A DNA stretch of 64,000 nucleotides, taken from the sequence record MH051917. One strand, 5' to 3'. Position 1 is the first letter of the stretch. The number at the start of each line of letters is the position of its first letter. Shown here piece by piece: positions 1-9,162 of this stretch. Source of the DNA: Enterobacteria phage vB_EcoM_IME341. The translations under genes were made by a program, and so were the position numbers. Below the pieces are notes generated by a model. That model was not told the DNA's origin, ran no database searches, and saw nothing but the letters and a program-made list of their open reading frames with translations.

Positions 1-204
1 ATGACAAACTTTAAAGTGAATATTGATTTGTTCGATAAAGCAGTCCATAAAGAATTCCGGCTAATCCAGCGTTTTTTTGATATCAATGCAGCTGAGGATT
101 TTAAAGAACGCTTTAAAGAAATCAGATATAAAATACTCAACGACATCGCTACTAAGGACGAGCTCCTTGAAGTGGCAGATATTTTTAAACGTAACCTGAA
201 TTGA
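1..204 (+). CDS. small protein at rIIA.1 position (may be truncated at window start)
   Basis: ORF ending 8 nt upstream of rIIA; synteny only. Confidence 0.3.
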   Translation: MTNFKVNIDLFDKAVHKEFRLIQRFFDINAAEDFKERFKEIRYKILNDIATKDELLEVADIFKRNLN

Positions 205-211
205 GAAAAAT

Positions 212-2422
212 ATGATTATTGAAACCGAAAAAGAACAAATCATTGGTAATGGCGCTAAGTCCACAGGCTTTACTATCCAGGCATCGCCTAAGGTCTTTAA
301 AATTCTGTCATCAGACCTTTATAGTAATAAAGTACGTGCTGTAGTACGTGAACTAATTACTAACATGATTGATGCCCACATGCTGAATGGTAATACCGAA
401 CGCTGGAAAGTACAGGTTCCTGGTAAACTGGACCCACGTTTCGTATGCCGTGATTTCGGACCGGGTATGAGTGATTTCCAGATTCGTGGTAATGATGAAG
501 AACCGGGTCTGTATAATTCTTATTTTGCTTCTTCTAAAACCTCTTCTAACGATTTCATCGGTGGATTTGGACTTGGTTCAAAATCTCCATTCAGTTATAC
601 GGAAACGTTTAATATCACGTCATGGCATAACGGTGAAGTTCGTGGTTATGTAGCTTATATGGACGGTGATGGCCCGCAGATTAAACCTACATTTGTAGAG
701 CCTATGGGCCCTGATGATAAAACAGGCATTGAAATCACAGTTCCTGTAGATGAGTCAGATTTCCGTAAGTTTGAAACCGAAATTCGTTATATCATGCGCC
801 CATTTGTTGGTCTTGGCGATGTTGACGGTGTTGAAGTTGATTATTTCCCTGAATTCGAAGACTACTACCCGGTAACTGATACAGGTTACGGCGATTTCGA
901 ACGTTCAGGTCTTTATGCTGTTTATGGTGGCATCGTCTATCCATTAGATTCAGCTTATAATAAAGGCACATGGATGCGTACTCGTCACGACGTAGTTTAT
1001 ATTAAGTTCCCTATGGGTTCACTGGATATTGCTCCGTCTCGTGAAGTGCTGTCTCTTGATAAACGCACGATGGAAAATATTGCAACCCGTATCGAAGCAC
1101 TGGATTCTGTAGTCTTTAAAAATGATACGAAGGAATGGGTTGAATCCGATAATCCACGTCATGTTTATCGTGACCTCTCTAACCTTGGTTATAGCGCTCG
1201 TGATTATCTTTCTAAAAGAGGCGTTACTAAACAGTTCACAACTGAAAAATTAACATACGAGAAATTATACCAGCGTTATACACTTCAAAACGACCTTCTT
1301 AATTTAGGTGTGGTTTACGAAGTTTGTATGGACCCGCGTTTGAAACGAATTAAGTCAAGTGGTAATACTTCTTCAGTAGCAGGACTTAGTAGTTTATTAG
1401 GCATTAATAAGAAAGAAATCCATGTTGTTTATGATGATGAAAAGGGTCGTGTGCCATTAGTTCGAGGACTTTGGGCGCTGGCAATGGACAACAGTGCTTC
1501 AGCCAAGAATATTGTTAAAGAGCACAATATTCCTAAATACGGAACAGACCTTATTTTTGTCAACCCTAATTCAATGTTGCAAATGCAGCAGCTTGAAAAG
1601 GTTAAAGAACTTTTTAAAGGTGACACAATTCATTTTTATAAAGTCTCTGAACTGAATAAAATTGTTAAGCCATGGATTCCGGTTACTGTTCGTTCATCAG
1701 AACCTCGTCCTAAAACACCAAGTGCTTATCGTTGGTTCATTAAAGATGGGCGTTGGCAAACAGAGACCATGTATTTGACCGCCGCAGAAGCAGAAGAAAT
1801 TACAGGTTATGTGCTGTTTGGCAGTCGTTCTGATATTATGGGAATGGACGAAGCTTATGGTATCTTTGACATCAATACCACTACCATGTGTCGTATGGCT
1901 AATTTGATTGGTGCAACAGAATTCCATATCATTCGCCCTCAGATTGCCAAAAAGATTAAAAAGTTAGGCCAGTGTGAATGCTTGATGGAAGCTACATTAG
2001 AAGCCTATGCCGAAGCCCTAGATGCGGTAGATGTTGATGATTACCTTGGTAGTAATACCCGTGCTCGTTATTACCTTGAAATCATTGCCAAGTTCCCTGA
2101 GCTCGGTTTCATGACCAAGTATTTTAGCGATAAGCCAGTGACTGAAGCATATACTCGTCTGAGTAATTTCTATGATATATTCCGTTATATGAATTTCCAT
2201 GGTTATATCACTGATGACAAGCTTTCCGTTATCAAGAAAATTTGTAACACCACGTTTAATACGTTAACCAATAATGCTTCAAGCAACAATGATAAAATGA
2301 CTGTACAGTTTGAATCTGATTACCATTTAGTTTCGGACTACATGTATCGTCGTGGAACATCCATTACCGAGGCTTCTGTAGCTCAAATCGTTAAATTCAT
2401 GAAAGCCGTGGAAGCGGCTTAA
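212..2422 (+). CDS. rIIA: rIIA membrane-associated protein (lysis inhibition / rex exclusion target)
   Basis: 736 aa; N-terminal GHKL-like ATPase region; size and position match T4 rIIA immediately upstream of rIIB. Confidence 0.9.
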   Translation: MIIETEKEQIIGNGAKSTGFTIQASPKVFKILSSDLYSNKVRAVVRELITNMIDAHMLNGNTERWKVQVPGKLDPRFVCRDFGPGMSDFQIRGNDEEPGLYNSYFASSKTSSNDFIGGFGLGSKSPFSYTETFNITSWHNGEVRGYVAYMDGDGPQIKPTFVEPMGPDDKTGIEITVPVDESDFRKFETEIRYIMRPFVGLGDVDGVEVDYFPEFEDYYPVTDTGYGDFERSGLYAVYGGIVYPLDSAYNKGTWMRTRHDVVYIKFPMGSLDIAPSREVLSLDKRTMENIATRIEALDSVVFKNDTKEWVESDNPRHVYRDLSNLGYSARDYLSKRGVTKQFTTEKLTYEKLYQRYTLQNDLLNLGVVYEVCMDPRLKRIKSSGNTSSVAGLSSLLGINKKEIHVVYDDEKGRVPLVRGLWALAMDNSASAKNIVKEHNIPKYGTDLIFVNPNSMLQMQQLEKVKELFKGDTIHFYKVSELNKIVKPWIPVTVRSSEPRPKTPSAYRWFIKDGRWQTETMYLTAAEAEEITGYVLFGSRSDIMGMDEAYGIFDINTTTMCRMANLIGATEFHIIRPQIAKKIKKLGQCECLMEATLEAYAEALDAVDVDDYLGSNTRARYYLEIIAKFPELGFMTKYFSDKPVTEAYTRLSNFYDIFRYMNFHGYITDDKLSVIKKICNTTFNTLTNNASSNNDKMTVQFESDYHLVSDYMYRRGTSITEASVAQIVKFMKAVEAA

Positions 2423-2436
2423 TCTAAGGAAATATT

Positions 2437-3402
2437 ATGTACAATATTAAGTGTCTGGCTAAATCTGAACAAGAGAAAGTAGTTTCCCTCTATAAATCTG
2501 GTAACTATACTCAGCAAGAATTAGCTGACTGGTATAGTGTTTCGGTTGATACCATTCGTAAAGTCCTGAAAAATGCTAATGGAGCTGGACAGGCCCAGGT
2601 AGTTATTACCGGAAATATCAAAGTAACAGTTCCTAACGAGCCTCGTGTAGTTCCTGTTGATGTTACTATCGGTGGTTCTCGTCCAGAAATTATCTGGAAC
2701 GCTAGTTCTAAATTCGTGTCCATCACCGAAGGTCGTACAGTATGGAACACCACTAATAAGAACAAACATTTTGATGCCATCGTACAGGCTCTTAAAGAAT
2801 CTCGTTTTGACGACGCGATTAAACTGATTTCTATTAAAGAAGCTGTTAAGGCCTTCGTCAAAGGCAACGTTCGTATTGAAGGTGGACGTCTGGTTTACCA
2901 AGGCGTTGAATTGCGTTCAGGGTTGATTGACCGTATTATTGCTTCAATGGAAAATGGCGAAGACTTCGAATTCTACCTGCCTTTCCTTGAAAACCTGTTA
3001 GAAAACCCAAGCGAAAAAGCTGTACAACGTTTGTTCGACTTCCTGGTTGCAAACGATATCAAAATTACTGAAGATGGTCACTTTATTACGTGGAAGGTGG
3101 TTAACTCTGATTACACCGACTGCCGTACCGGCACGTTTGATAACTCACCAGGCAAGCCGGTTAAAATGCCTCGTTCACGTGTAAATGACGACGACACAGT
3201 AACTTGTTCAAGCGGTCTGCATGTTTGCTCTCGTAGCTATATCGGCGCATTTGGTAACTCAAACAACCGTGTAGTTTCATGTAAAGTTAACCCACGTGAT
3301 GTTGTTAGTATTCCTGTTGATTATGGTGATGCTAAAATGCGCGTATGTTATTATGAAGTTCTGGAAGACGTTACCGAACAGTTTAAATCAGATTTACGTT
3401 AA
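2437..3402 (+). CDS. rIIB: rIIB protein
   Basis: 321 aa; N-terminus MYNIKCL..SGNYTQQELADW..VSVDTIRKVLKNA matches recalled T4 rIIB. Confidence 0.9.
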   Translation: MYNIKCLAKSEQEKVVSLYKSGNYTQQELADWYSVSVDTIRKVLKNANGAGQAQVVITGNIKVTVPNEPRVVPVDVTIGGSRPEIIWNASSKFVSITEGRTVWNTTNKNKHFDAIVQALKESRFDDAIKLISIKEAVKAFVKGNVRIEGGRLVYQGVELRSGLIDRIIASMENGEDFEFYLPFLENLLENPSEKAVQRLFDFLVANDIKITEDGHFITWKVVNSDYTDCRTGTFDNSPGKPVKMPRSRVNDDDTVTCSSGLHVCSRSYIGAFGNSNNRVVSCKVNPRDVVSIPVDYGDAKMRVCYYEVLEDVTEQFKSDLR

Positions 3403-3410
3403 AACTAAAC

Positions 3411-3426
3411 GGAGGCTTCGGCCTCC
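3411..3426 (+). other. UUCG-tetraloop hairpin GGAGGC-TTCG-GCCTCC immediately 5' of Shine-Dalgarno (no T-run)
   Basis: perfect 6-bp GC-rich stem, ttcg loop, followed by taagaggaaattATG. Confidence 0.6.
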
Positions 3427-3438
3427 TAAGAGGAAATT

Positions 3439-3636
3439 ATGTTAGGTTACCAAGCACGTGTAGTTGAAGAATATGACCAATTGGTTCTTAAAATTAATGC
3501 ACTAGAAACCTTTATTAAAGGCGGTGTTTTTGAAACTCTTGATATCCGTCAACAAGGGTTACTGATTGCCCAACTGGACGCGATGGGTGCATACGCTCAT
3601 TGTTTAGAGGTTCGTATTTCTTATTTCGGTGAGTAA
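3439..3636 (+). CDS. hypothetical protein
   Basis: 65-aa ORF with strong SD (gaggaaattATG). Confidence 0.4.
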   Translation: MLGYQARVVEEYDQLVLKINALETFIKGGVFETLDIRQQGLLIAQLDAMGAYAHCLEVRISYFGE

Positions 3637-3637
3637 A

Positions 3638-3937
3638 ATGATTAATTACCTGAATGTCGGTGAACGTGATATCAAGATTTCTAATTTGCGTGGGTTCCAT
3701 AAAGCGGGTACTGTTTATTGTGCTAAGCTCGTTAAGCATCCTGGCGATGTTCATTACGCTTTTTTAGAATGCGATGAGGTGGTCGAAGGTGAATTTCCTT
3801 TAGCGGATTCTGATACTTTAGAACCCGACGACCGAATTTATTACGGTGAACTTCATATTCGAGGCATTTATGGTGAAGACGAACCCGGGACTACTCCGAT
3901 TGGCAGCGATGCCGACATTTACCCTGAAGACATCTGA
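3638..3937 (+). CDS. hypothetical protein
   Basis: ATG at 3638 right after previous stop; track ORF starts at GTG 3629. Confidence 0.4.
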   Translation: MINYLNVGERDIKISNLRGFHKAGTVYCAKLVKHPGDVHYAFLECDEVVEGEFPLADSDTLEPDDRIYYGELHIRGIYGEDEPGTTPIGSDADIYPEDI

Positions 3938-3950
3938 TTTAACAGGTGAA

Positions 3951-4427
3951 ATGAAGGTCAAGATTAAGGATACCGTATTGTATTCCTTAAGCCAAGACCC
4001 GTCCCAAGATAAGAAAGAAGTATTAACTCGGTGTGTCATTGCAACGTATGCCGAGTACATGGTTGCTGATTGGTTGAAAGGATACGTTAACAGTGGTCTG
4101 GAAGACCATGACGACCCTTATACCTATGCATGGGATGTTTTAGCTCATCCTATGTATTGTGGACTACGTGTAGAGGTCAAGACCCATCAGTCGGATTCTA
4201 AGTGGATTTCCTGTACTACAGGATACTCTGGTGACTTCCCTTATGGAACAGGGATTAACCTGGGTCCGCTCTTGAATCATAAAGTTGCAGACTGTATAAT
4301 CATATTCGACACTTCAGTAAATGGGGCAGGCGACGTCCTGTTCACTCCTAAGTTCTCTGGCGACAGAGAAGCCATCAAAAAGCTGGTCCGTAAGAGCAAT
4401 TACAACGGCTGGTATCTCGCCTTATAA
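3951..4427 (+). CDS. hypothetical protein (occupies denB region of T4 map but no nuclease motif recognised)
   Basis: ATG 3951 with SD aggtga; alternative in-frame ATG at 3909. Confidence 0.4.
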   Translation: MKVKIKDTVLYSLSQDPSQDKKEVLTRCVIATYAEYMVADWLKGYVNSGLEDHDDPYTYAWDVLAHPMYCGLRVEVKTHQSDSKWISCTTGYSGDFPYGTGINLGPLLNHKVADCIIIFDTSVNGAGDVLFTPKFSGDREAIKKLVRKSNYNGWYLAL

Positions 4428-4439
4428 TTTAAAATAAGT

Positions 4440-4469
4440 GTTTACATACACCATGGATGGTGTTACTAT
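4440..4469 (+). promoter_or_regulatory. T4-type early promoter (GTTTAC -35, TACTAT -10)
   Basis: GTTTAC 4440-4445, TACTAT 4464-4469, spacer 18. Confidence 0.55.
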
Positions 4470-4497
4470 CTTCCTATCAACTAATGAGGAGAACAAA

Positions 4498-4764
4498 ATG
4501 GATATCAAATTGTATTACGCTAAACACAAAGTTACAGGTATGGTTGTTGCCGCTATGTATGATGCATCGGGTGAAGGTGATGATGTTACTACAGAGTTAT
4601 CTCTTTCTGAATGTAAATTTCTCCGTCCTTTGGTTGCATCAAAGGAAGATTTACAAAAACTTATCGACGGTAAACTAGATAATGTTGACGGCATAGATAT
4701 TCTTTATGACCTCCGCACTGCATTGTACAGGGGATTGATTGAGATAAAAGAGGTGGTGTTTTGA
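4498..4764 (+). CDS. hypothetical protein
   Basis: ATG 4498 after SD aatgaggag; 88 aa. Confidence 0.45.
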   Translation: MDIKLYYAKHKVTGMVVAAMYDASGEGDDVTTELSLSECKFLRPLVASKEDLQKLIDGKLDNVDGIDILYDLRTALYRGLIEIKEVVF

Positions 4765-4854
4765 GTAGCAAAACGTGGTGCCTTATTTGGATGGCCTGTA
4801 TCCCAGTGATTTGCGTATGTTTTAGTTTATTGTTGTGGAAATTGGCATAAATCA

Positions 4855-4906
4855 GTATACATCTCCATTAGACATGATATTATAGACCTATCAACTAATG
4901 GAGATG
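4855..4906 (+). promoter_or_regulatory. early promoter embedded in stem-loop (PeSL-type)
   Basis: GTATAC 4855-4860, TATTAT 4878-4883; perfect 11-bp inverted repeat catctccatta (4860-4870) / taatggagatg (4896-4906). Confidence 0.55.
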
Positions 4907-4909
4907 ATT

Positions 4910-5020
4910 ATGAAAAATTTACTTAAAGCAATTTGGAACATGTTTGTGTTGTTAATGGTATTGAGCATTTTCCCAATCGTTTTTATGATTGACCATGTAC
5001 GTGTATTCTTTAACTTCTGA
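4910..5020 (+). CDS. small hydrophobic peptide (36 aa)
   Basis: short ORF MKNLLKAIWNMFVLLMVLSIFPIVFMIDHVRVFFNF downstream of promoter; below track length cutoff. Confidence 0.25.
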   Translation: MKNLLKAIWNMFVLLMVLSIFPIVFMIDHVRVFFNF

Positions 5021-5030
5021 GGAAAATATT

Positions 5031-5243
5031 ATGAAACTTTTTAAAGATGTTGCAGTTGGTGAGAGCTTTGTATTACATAATGGTCAACAACTGATTCGCA
5101 TTTCTCCTTTGCAAGTCGGGACCGAATTACAACCTGTTAATGCTACAGACCTTTACGATTCAACTAAGCGCTTTTGTGTAGGCCCCAGTGTACAGTGCCT
5201 TACCGTTGATGAACTGATGGCTATTTCTGTTGACGCTGAATAA
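5031..5243 (+). CDS. hypothetical protein
   Basis: ATG 5031 after SD tgaggaaaa; track ORF begins at TTG 4989. Confidence 0.4.
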   Translation: MKLFKDVAVGESFVLHNGQQLIRISPLQVGTELQPVNATDLYDSTKRFCVGPSVQCLTVDELMAISVDAE

Positions 5244-5253
5244 GGAAATTATC

Positions 5254-5598
5254 ATGTCTAAAATCTTTTTTGGTAATGCTAAGGTAATGTTCTTTAAACA
5301 ACTCAGCCTTCAGGATGCATCGGTGGCATTCAATCAAAGTATGATTCCTGGCGTAGATTCAAAAATTATGACGAGTGCTGATTTCGTTTTTGTTCAAGAC
5401 CCGGAAACGGGCTTTTATCGGTTCATTAAATTTCGTATGAGTATGGACCCGTATTATCATAGCGGCTATTATGTGAGTTATGAAAATGTTATCAAAGAAC
5501 TACATGATACTTACGGACAGGCTTTGAACCCACTGAACAAGGTTTATAATGCTACCTTTTATACAAGCGGATTTATTTTAGAACAGCTACAAAAATAG
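5254..5598 (+). CDS. hypothetical protein
   Basis: ATG 5254 after SD aaggaaa; 114 aa. Confidence 0.45.
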   Translation: MSKIFFGNAKVMFFKQLSLQDASVAFNQSMIPGVDSKIMTSADFVFVQDPETGFYRFIKFRMSMDPYYHSGYYVSYENVIKELHDTYGQALNPLNKVYNATFYTSGFILEQLQK

Positions 5599-5634
5599 TT
5601 TACAACCTCGAGAATCATGTTATAATGGTTCTCG
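5598..5634 (+). promoter_or_regulatory. early promoter with -10 inside short hairpin
   Basis: GTTTAC 5598-5603, TATAAT 5621-5626, spacer 17; stem cgagaa (5609-5614) / ttctcg (5629-5634). Confidence 0.6.
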
Positions 5635-5675
5635 TTGACTGGATAACAAAACATTAATCTACTGAGGAAATTGAT

Positions 5676-6125
5676 ATGAATACTTATATGACTCGCCGTA
5701 ACGTTCTGTCTGCTGGTGCTACTACTGTTGCTTATGTTAAGAATGGTGAATACCAAAATGGTAAACCTTCTAAAGAAATCTCTGCTCAGCCAGGCTTCTA
5801 CTTCTTTGTTAAAGGTGGAGCTGATTCTCGTGTCGTAGCGGCTCGTTTTTATGTCGGTAATCAACGTTCTGCTCAAGGTCTTGATGGAATCGTGGCTAAC
5901 ATTCGTAAGAAACGTTCTCAATCAGCTCGCACTATGGCAGTGAACGGTGTGGTGTATGAAGTTCTTTATGTACCGGCTTCTAAAATGAAACCTCTGACTA
6001 CCGGTTTTGGTAAGGGTCAAATTGCAATGGCTTTCACTCGCAATCATAGTTCCGATCTCCAGACACTGGAAGAAATGAACCGCATGTTGGCTGATAACTT
6101 TAAATTCATTCTGCAGGCTTACTAA
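5676..6125 (+). CDS. ndd: Ndd nucleoid disruption protein
   Basis: 149 aa; [45 protein letters not shown] matches recalled T4 Ndd. Confidence 0.85.
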   Translation: MNTYMTRRNVLSAGATTVAYVKNGEYQNGKPSKEISAQPGFYFFVKGGADSRVVAARFYVGNQRSAQGLDGIVANIRKKRSQSARTMAVNGVVYEVLYVPASKMKPLTTGFGKGQIAMAFTRNHSSDLQTLEEMNRMLADNFKFILQAY

Positions 6126-6298
6126 TGAAAGCTCTATTTGTAATGGGTTACCTATTAGTTTTAGCCTTATTCACAGTGACCGGAGCCTTTATGGCTTTAG
6201 GTCTACCTCTTAATGATAATGTGGCTGTCGTTATGTGTGTAGGTGGTGGATTTATTTGTTTTGAACGTTTATGCAAAATGTGTGGTGTGTATGAGTAA
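6125..6298 (+). CDS. small membrane protein (57 aa)
   Basis: hydrophobic ORF, ATG overlaps ndd stop (TAATG); below track cutoff. Confidence 0.35.
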
Positions 6299-6368
6299 TT
6301 TCCATAATGAACATGTGATGCAGTTCTATCGTAACAATCTTAAAACCAAAGGCGTCTTCGGACGCTAA
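6291..6368 (+). CDS. stp: Stp peptide (activator of host PrrC anticodon nuclease / anti-restriction peptide)
   Basis: 25-codon ORF translating [25 protein letters not shown], matching recalled T4 Stp. Confidence 0.7.
6352..6365 (+). other. UUCG hairpin GCGTC-TTCG-GACGC overlapping stp 3' end, immediately 5' of next SD
   Basis: 5-bp stem, ttcg loop, followed by taatgaggaaaatATG. Confidence 0.5.
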
Positions 6369-6378
6369 TGAGGAAAAT

Positions 6379-6540
6379 ATGATTATCCTAGTTTTTATTG
6401 AACTTATTATGGCTATTGTCTGTTCAGTTTGCTTCTTTTTAGGCGTGTGGACCCCTGGTCCGATATTCTTAAGTTTTCTGTTTATTGGCTGGATTCTTTC
6501 TACTTCTGTCGGTTTACTTAAGATGATTAAAAATGATTAA
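6379..6540 (+). CDS. small membrane protein (53 aa; ac-like position)
   Basis: hydrophobic ORF with SD aatgaggaaaa; T4 ac maps between stp and 52. Confidence 0.35.
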   Translation: MIILVFIELIMAIVCSVCFFLGVWTPGPIFLSFLFIGWILSTSVGLLKMIKND

Positions 6541-6673
6541 GAAAATCTTGGGCTACTTGTTAGCCCTTGCTGCTTTATTAGTAGCACTGTATTATGGAGT
6601 AATGTTCGGACTTATCCAAGTTGTGCTTTTTATTTCCGATGTTATTATGGCTATTCATTCACTAGTATGGTAA
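6533..6673 (+). CDS. small membrane protein (46 aa)
   Basis: hydrophobic ORF overlapping previous stop. Confidence 0.3.
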   Translation: MIKKILGYLLALAALLVALYYGVMFGLIQVVLFISDVIMAIHSLVW

Positions 6674-6677
6674 AATT

Positions 6678-8006
6678 ATGGAATTAACATCTCGTGGTTT
6701 AAAAAGTATTATCGACAACGAAGCATTGGCTTATGCAATGTATACTGTCGAAAACCGAGCCATTCCAAATATGATTGATGGCTTTAAACCTGTACAACGT
6801 TTTGTAGTTGCTCGTTGTCTTGATATGGCTCGTGGTAATAAAGAAAAATTCCACAAACTGGCTTCTATTGCTGGTGGCGTGGCCGACCTTGGATATCACC
6901 ACGGTGAAGGTTCTGCTCAGGAAGCAGGGGCTTTGATGGCTAACACATGGAACAACAACTATCCATTGTTAGACGGTCAAGGTAACTTCGGTTCTCGATT
7001 GGTTCAAAAGGCTGCAGCCTCTCGTTATATCTTTGCACGTATTGGAAGTAACTTTGCAAAAGTTTATAAGGACACAGAATATGCTCCGGTTCATGCGGAT
7101 GTCGAACATAAGCCACCGGCTTTTTATCTGCCTATTATTCCTACTGTTCTTCTTAATGGCGTTTCCGGTATTGCAACTGGTTATGCAACTAATATTCTTC
7201 CTCATAGTTTTGATTCTGTTAAGAAAGCTGTATTGCAAGTTCTTCAGGAAAAACGCGTAACCAAACCCAAAGTGGCTTATCCTGAATTCCGCGGTGAAGT
7301 TGTTGAAATTGAACCAGGTAGTTATGAGATTCGTGGAACGTATAAGTTCACATCCCGAACCCAAATGCATATCACGGAAATTCCTTATAAGTACGACCGT
7401 GAAACGTATGTGGCTAAGATATTGGACCCTCTGGAAGACAAAGGGTATATCACATATGACGATGACTGTGACGAGAACGGTTTCGGCTTCAAGGTTAAGA
7501 TTCGTAAAGAATACGAATTGCCTACTGATGAAGATAAGAAACACGAAAAACTCATGAAGGACTTCGGGTTAATCGAACGTCGTTCACAAAACCTGACTGT
7601 CATTAATGAGAAAGGTAAACTTAAGGTTTACGAAGATGCAGTTGAACTGATTCGTGATTTCGTTGAGGTCCGTAAGACCTTTGTACAGAAACGTATTGAT
7701 GGTAAAATCATCGAAACTGAAGAAGCTTTCAAACTGGCATTGGCTAAAGCCACATTTATCAAAGATGTTATTGATGGTGTAGTGGTTATCCAAGGTAAGA
7801 CTCGCAAGGTTTTAACCGAAGAATTGGCTAGTAATAAAGTCTATGGCGAATACGCTGATAAACTAGTGGCCATGAACATTTTCCATATCACATCCGATGA
7901 AGCCAAGAAACTGGCCCTCGAAGCCAAAGCTAAGAAAGAAGAGCACCAATACTGGAAAACCACTGATGTGGTAACTGAGTATGTTAAAGATTTGGAGGCT
8001 CTATGA
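6678..8006 (+). CDS. 52: DNA topoisomerase II medium subunit gp52 (GyrA-like)
   Basis: 442 aa, same length as T4 gp52; N-terminal GyrA-like motifs (AYAMYTVENRAIPNMIDGFKPVQRF). Confidence 0.9.
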   Translation: MELTSRGLKSIIDNEALAYAMYTVENRAIPNMIDGFKPVQRFVVARCLDMARGNKEKFHKLASIAGGVADLGYHHGEGSAQEAGALMANTWNNNYPLLDGQGNFGSRLVQKAAASRYIFARIGSNFAKVYKDTEYAPVHADVEHKPPAFYLPIIPTVLLNGVSGIATGYATNILPHSFDSVKKAVLQVLQEKRVTKPKVAYPEFRGEVVEIEPGSYEIRGTYKFTSRTQMHITEIPYKYDRETYVAKILDPLEDKGYITYDDDCDENGFGFKVKIRKEYELPTDEDKKHEKLMKDFGLIERRSQNLTVINEKGKLKVYEDAVELIRDFVEVRKTFVQKRIDGKIIETEEAFKLALAKATFIKDVIDGVVVIQGKTRKVLTEELASNKVYGEYADKLVAMNIFHITSDEAKKLALEAKAKKEEHQYWKTTDVVTEYVKDLEAL

Positions 8007-8107
8007 GCCTTGGAGTCGAGTTCTTGTTACTCTGTATCTTTGCTGTTATTCTAGGCCTGGCAACAGGCTTAGCTATAGGTTTAATAGCAGCCCACTTTAA
8101 AAAGTAA
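8003..8107 (+). CDS. small membrane peptide (34 aa)
   Basis: MSLGVEFLLLCIFAVILGLATGLAIGLIAAHFKK; ATG overlaps gp52 stop. Confidence 0.3.
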   Translation: MSLGVEFLLLCIFAVILGLATGLAIGLIAAHFKK

Positions 8108-8129
8108 GGAACCTTCGGGTTCCTTTTTT
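8108..8129 (+). terminator. rho-independent terminator
   Basis: ggaacc-ttcg-ggttcc hairpin followed by T6. Confidence 0.7.
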
Positions 8130-8147
8130 GGGTTTAGTGAAAAAAGT

Positions 8148-8176
8148 GTTTACTTCTGCTTTAAACATGATACTAT
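8148..8176 (+). promoter_or_regulatory. T4-type early promoter
   Basis: GTTTAC 8148-8153, TACTAT 8171-8176, spacer 17; followed by conserved tatagacctatcaa. Confidence 0.6.
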
Positions 8177-8214
8177 AGACCTATCAAAACAACAGAGTGA
8201 AATGGAGATACAAA

Positions 8215-8436
8215 ATGAAAACCTTAAATATTAATTCTTTTTTCTACAATGCTAATACCGATCATGCAATGTTCTTTGATTGTGATTTAGATACTTATAT
8301 CCATGTATGGGGTGTTAAGTCAGATAAAGTGGTTGTTAAGAAAAATTTAAAAACCGGTAATGGTCGTGGTCAAGCTAAAATTTCTTCCAAGAAAGTTGTT
8401 GAAGCTTATGTTGATTATGTTAAAAGCGCAATTTAA
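8215..8436 (+). CDS. hypothetical protein
   Basis: ATG 8215 after SD ggagata; track ORF starts at GTG 8197. Confidence 0.4.
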   Translation: MKTLNINSFFYNANTDHAMFFDCDLDTYIHVWGVKSDKVVVKKNLKTGNGRGQAKISSKKVVEAYVDYVKSAI

Positions 8437-8447
8437 TTAAAAAATTA

Positions 8448-8482
8448 TATACAAAGGTCTATGATAATGTTATTATAGACCT
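8448..8482 (+). promoter_or_regulatory. early promoter in stem-loop (weak -35)
   Basis: TATTAT -10 at 8471-8476; inverted repeat aggtctat (8455-8462) / atagacct (8475-8482). Confidence 0.45.
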
Positions 8483-8511
8483 ATCAAATAAATGGTTATC
8501 GGAGATACAAA

Positions 8512-9144
8512 ATGTCTAAAATTACTTATATCATCAAAGCTTCTGAAGACGTCCTGAATGAAAAAACTGCTTCGATCTTAGTACATATCATCAAGCATAA
8601 CTTCATCACTTCAGGCGAAGTCCGTGAAGCCCTGAGTGAGCATTTTAGTGCTGCGGTAGTTAACTCTAACATCGGTGTATTGATTAAGAAAGGGTTCATC
8701 GAAAAATCTGGTGATGGTTTAGTGGCTACAGGTGAAGCAATGGACTTGGTTCAAAAAGCTGCTGACCTGTTCGCTTCTGAAAATGCTCCAGAGATGTTGG
8801 AAAAACGTAAAACACGCAGTTCACGTGGTGTTACTCCTGAAATGGTAACACTGGCTGATGAAGTTAAAGCTTTATTAGAAGACCGCATCGAGATTCGTGA
8901 AATTGCTGAAAACCGTAGCAACCTTGAAGTTCGATTCGCCAAACGTACCAATGGTATTCGTCAAATTGAAGTCCGTCGTGATGGCATGATGCGCATCTTC
9001 GGTTATAATATGACTGATAAAGAAAAACAAGTGTTTACTTCCTTGAATCTTGATGTTAAGATTAAGACTGGTGGTAAGAATACTTATATCGACTTCCAAA
9101 ACGTATCATCTGAAGTTATCAAAACCGTAACCAATGCAATTTAA
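8512..9144 (+). CDS. motA: MotA middle-transcription activator
   Basis: 210 aa; MSKITYIIKAS.DVLNEKTA..VVNSNIGVLIKKG..EKSGDGL matches recalled T4 MotA. Confidence 0.85.
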   Translation: MSKITYIIKASEDVLNEKTASILVHIIKHNFITSGEVREALSEHFSAAVVNSNIGVLIKKGFIEKSGDGLVATGEAMDLVQKAADLFASENAPEMLEKRKTRSSRGVTPEMVTLADEVKALLEDRIEIREIAENRSNLEVRFAKRTNGIRQIEVRRDGMMRIFGYNMTDKEKQVFTSLNLDVKIKTGGKNTYIDFQNVSSEVIKTVTNAI

Positions 9145-9162
9145 CTGACTGAGGAAATTATT

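Noticed and set aside
3951-4427. Calling this ORF denB (endonuclease IV) because of its position after rIIB
   Set aside because: No GIY-YIG or other nuclease motif is recognisable and the length differs from T4 DenB; left as hypothetical.
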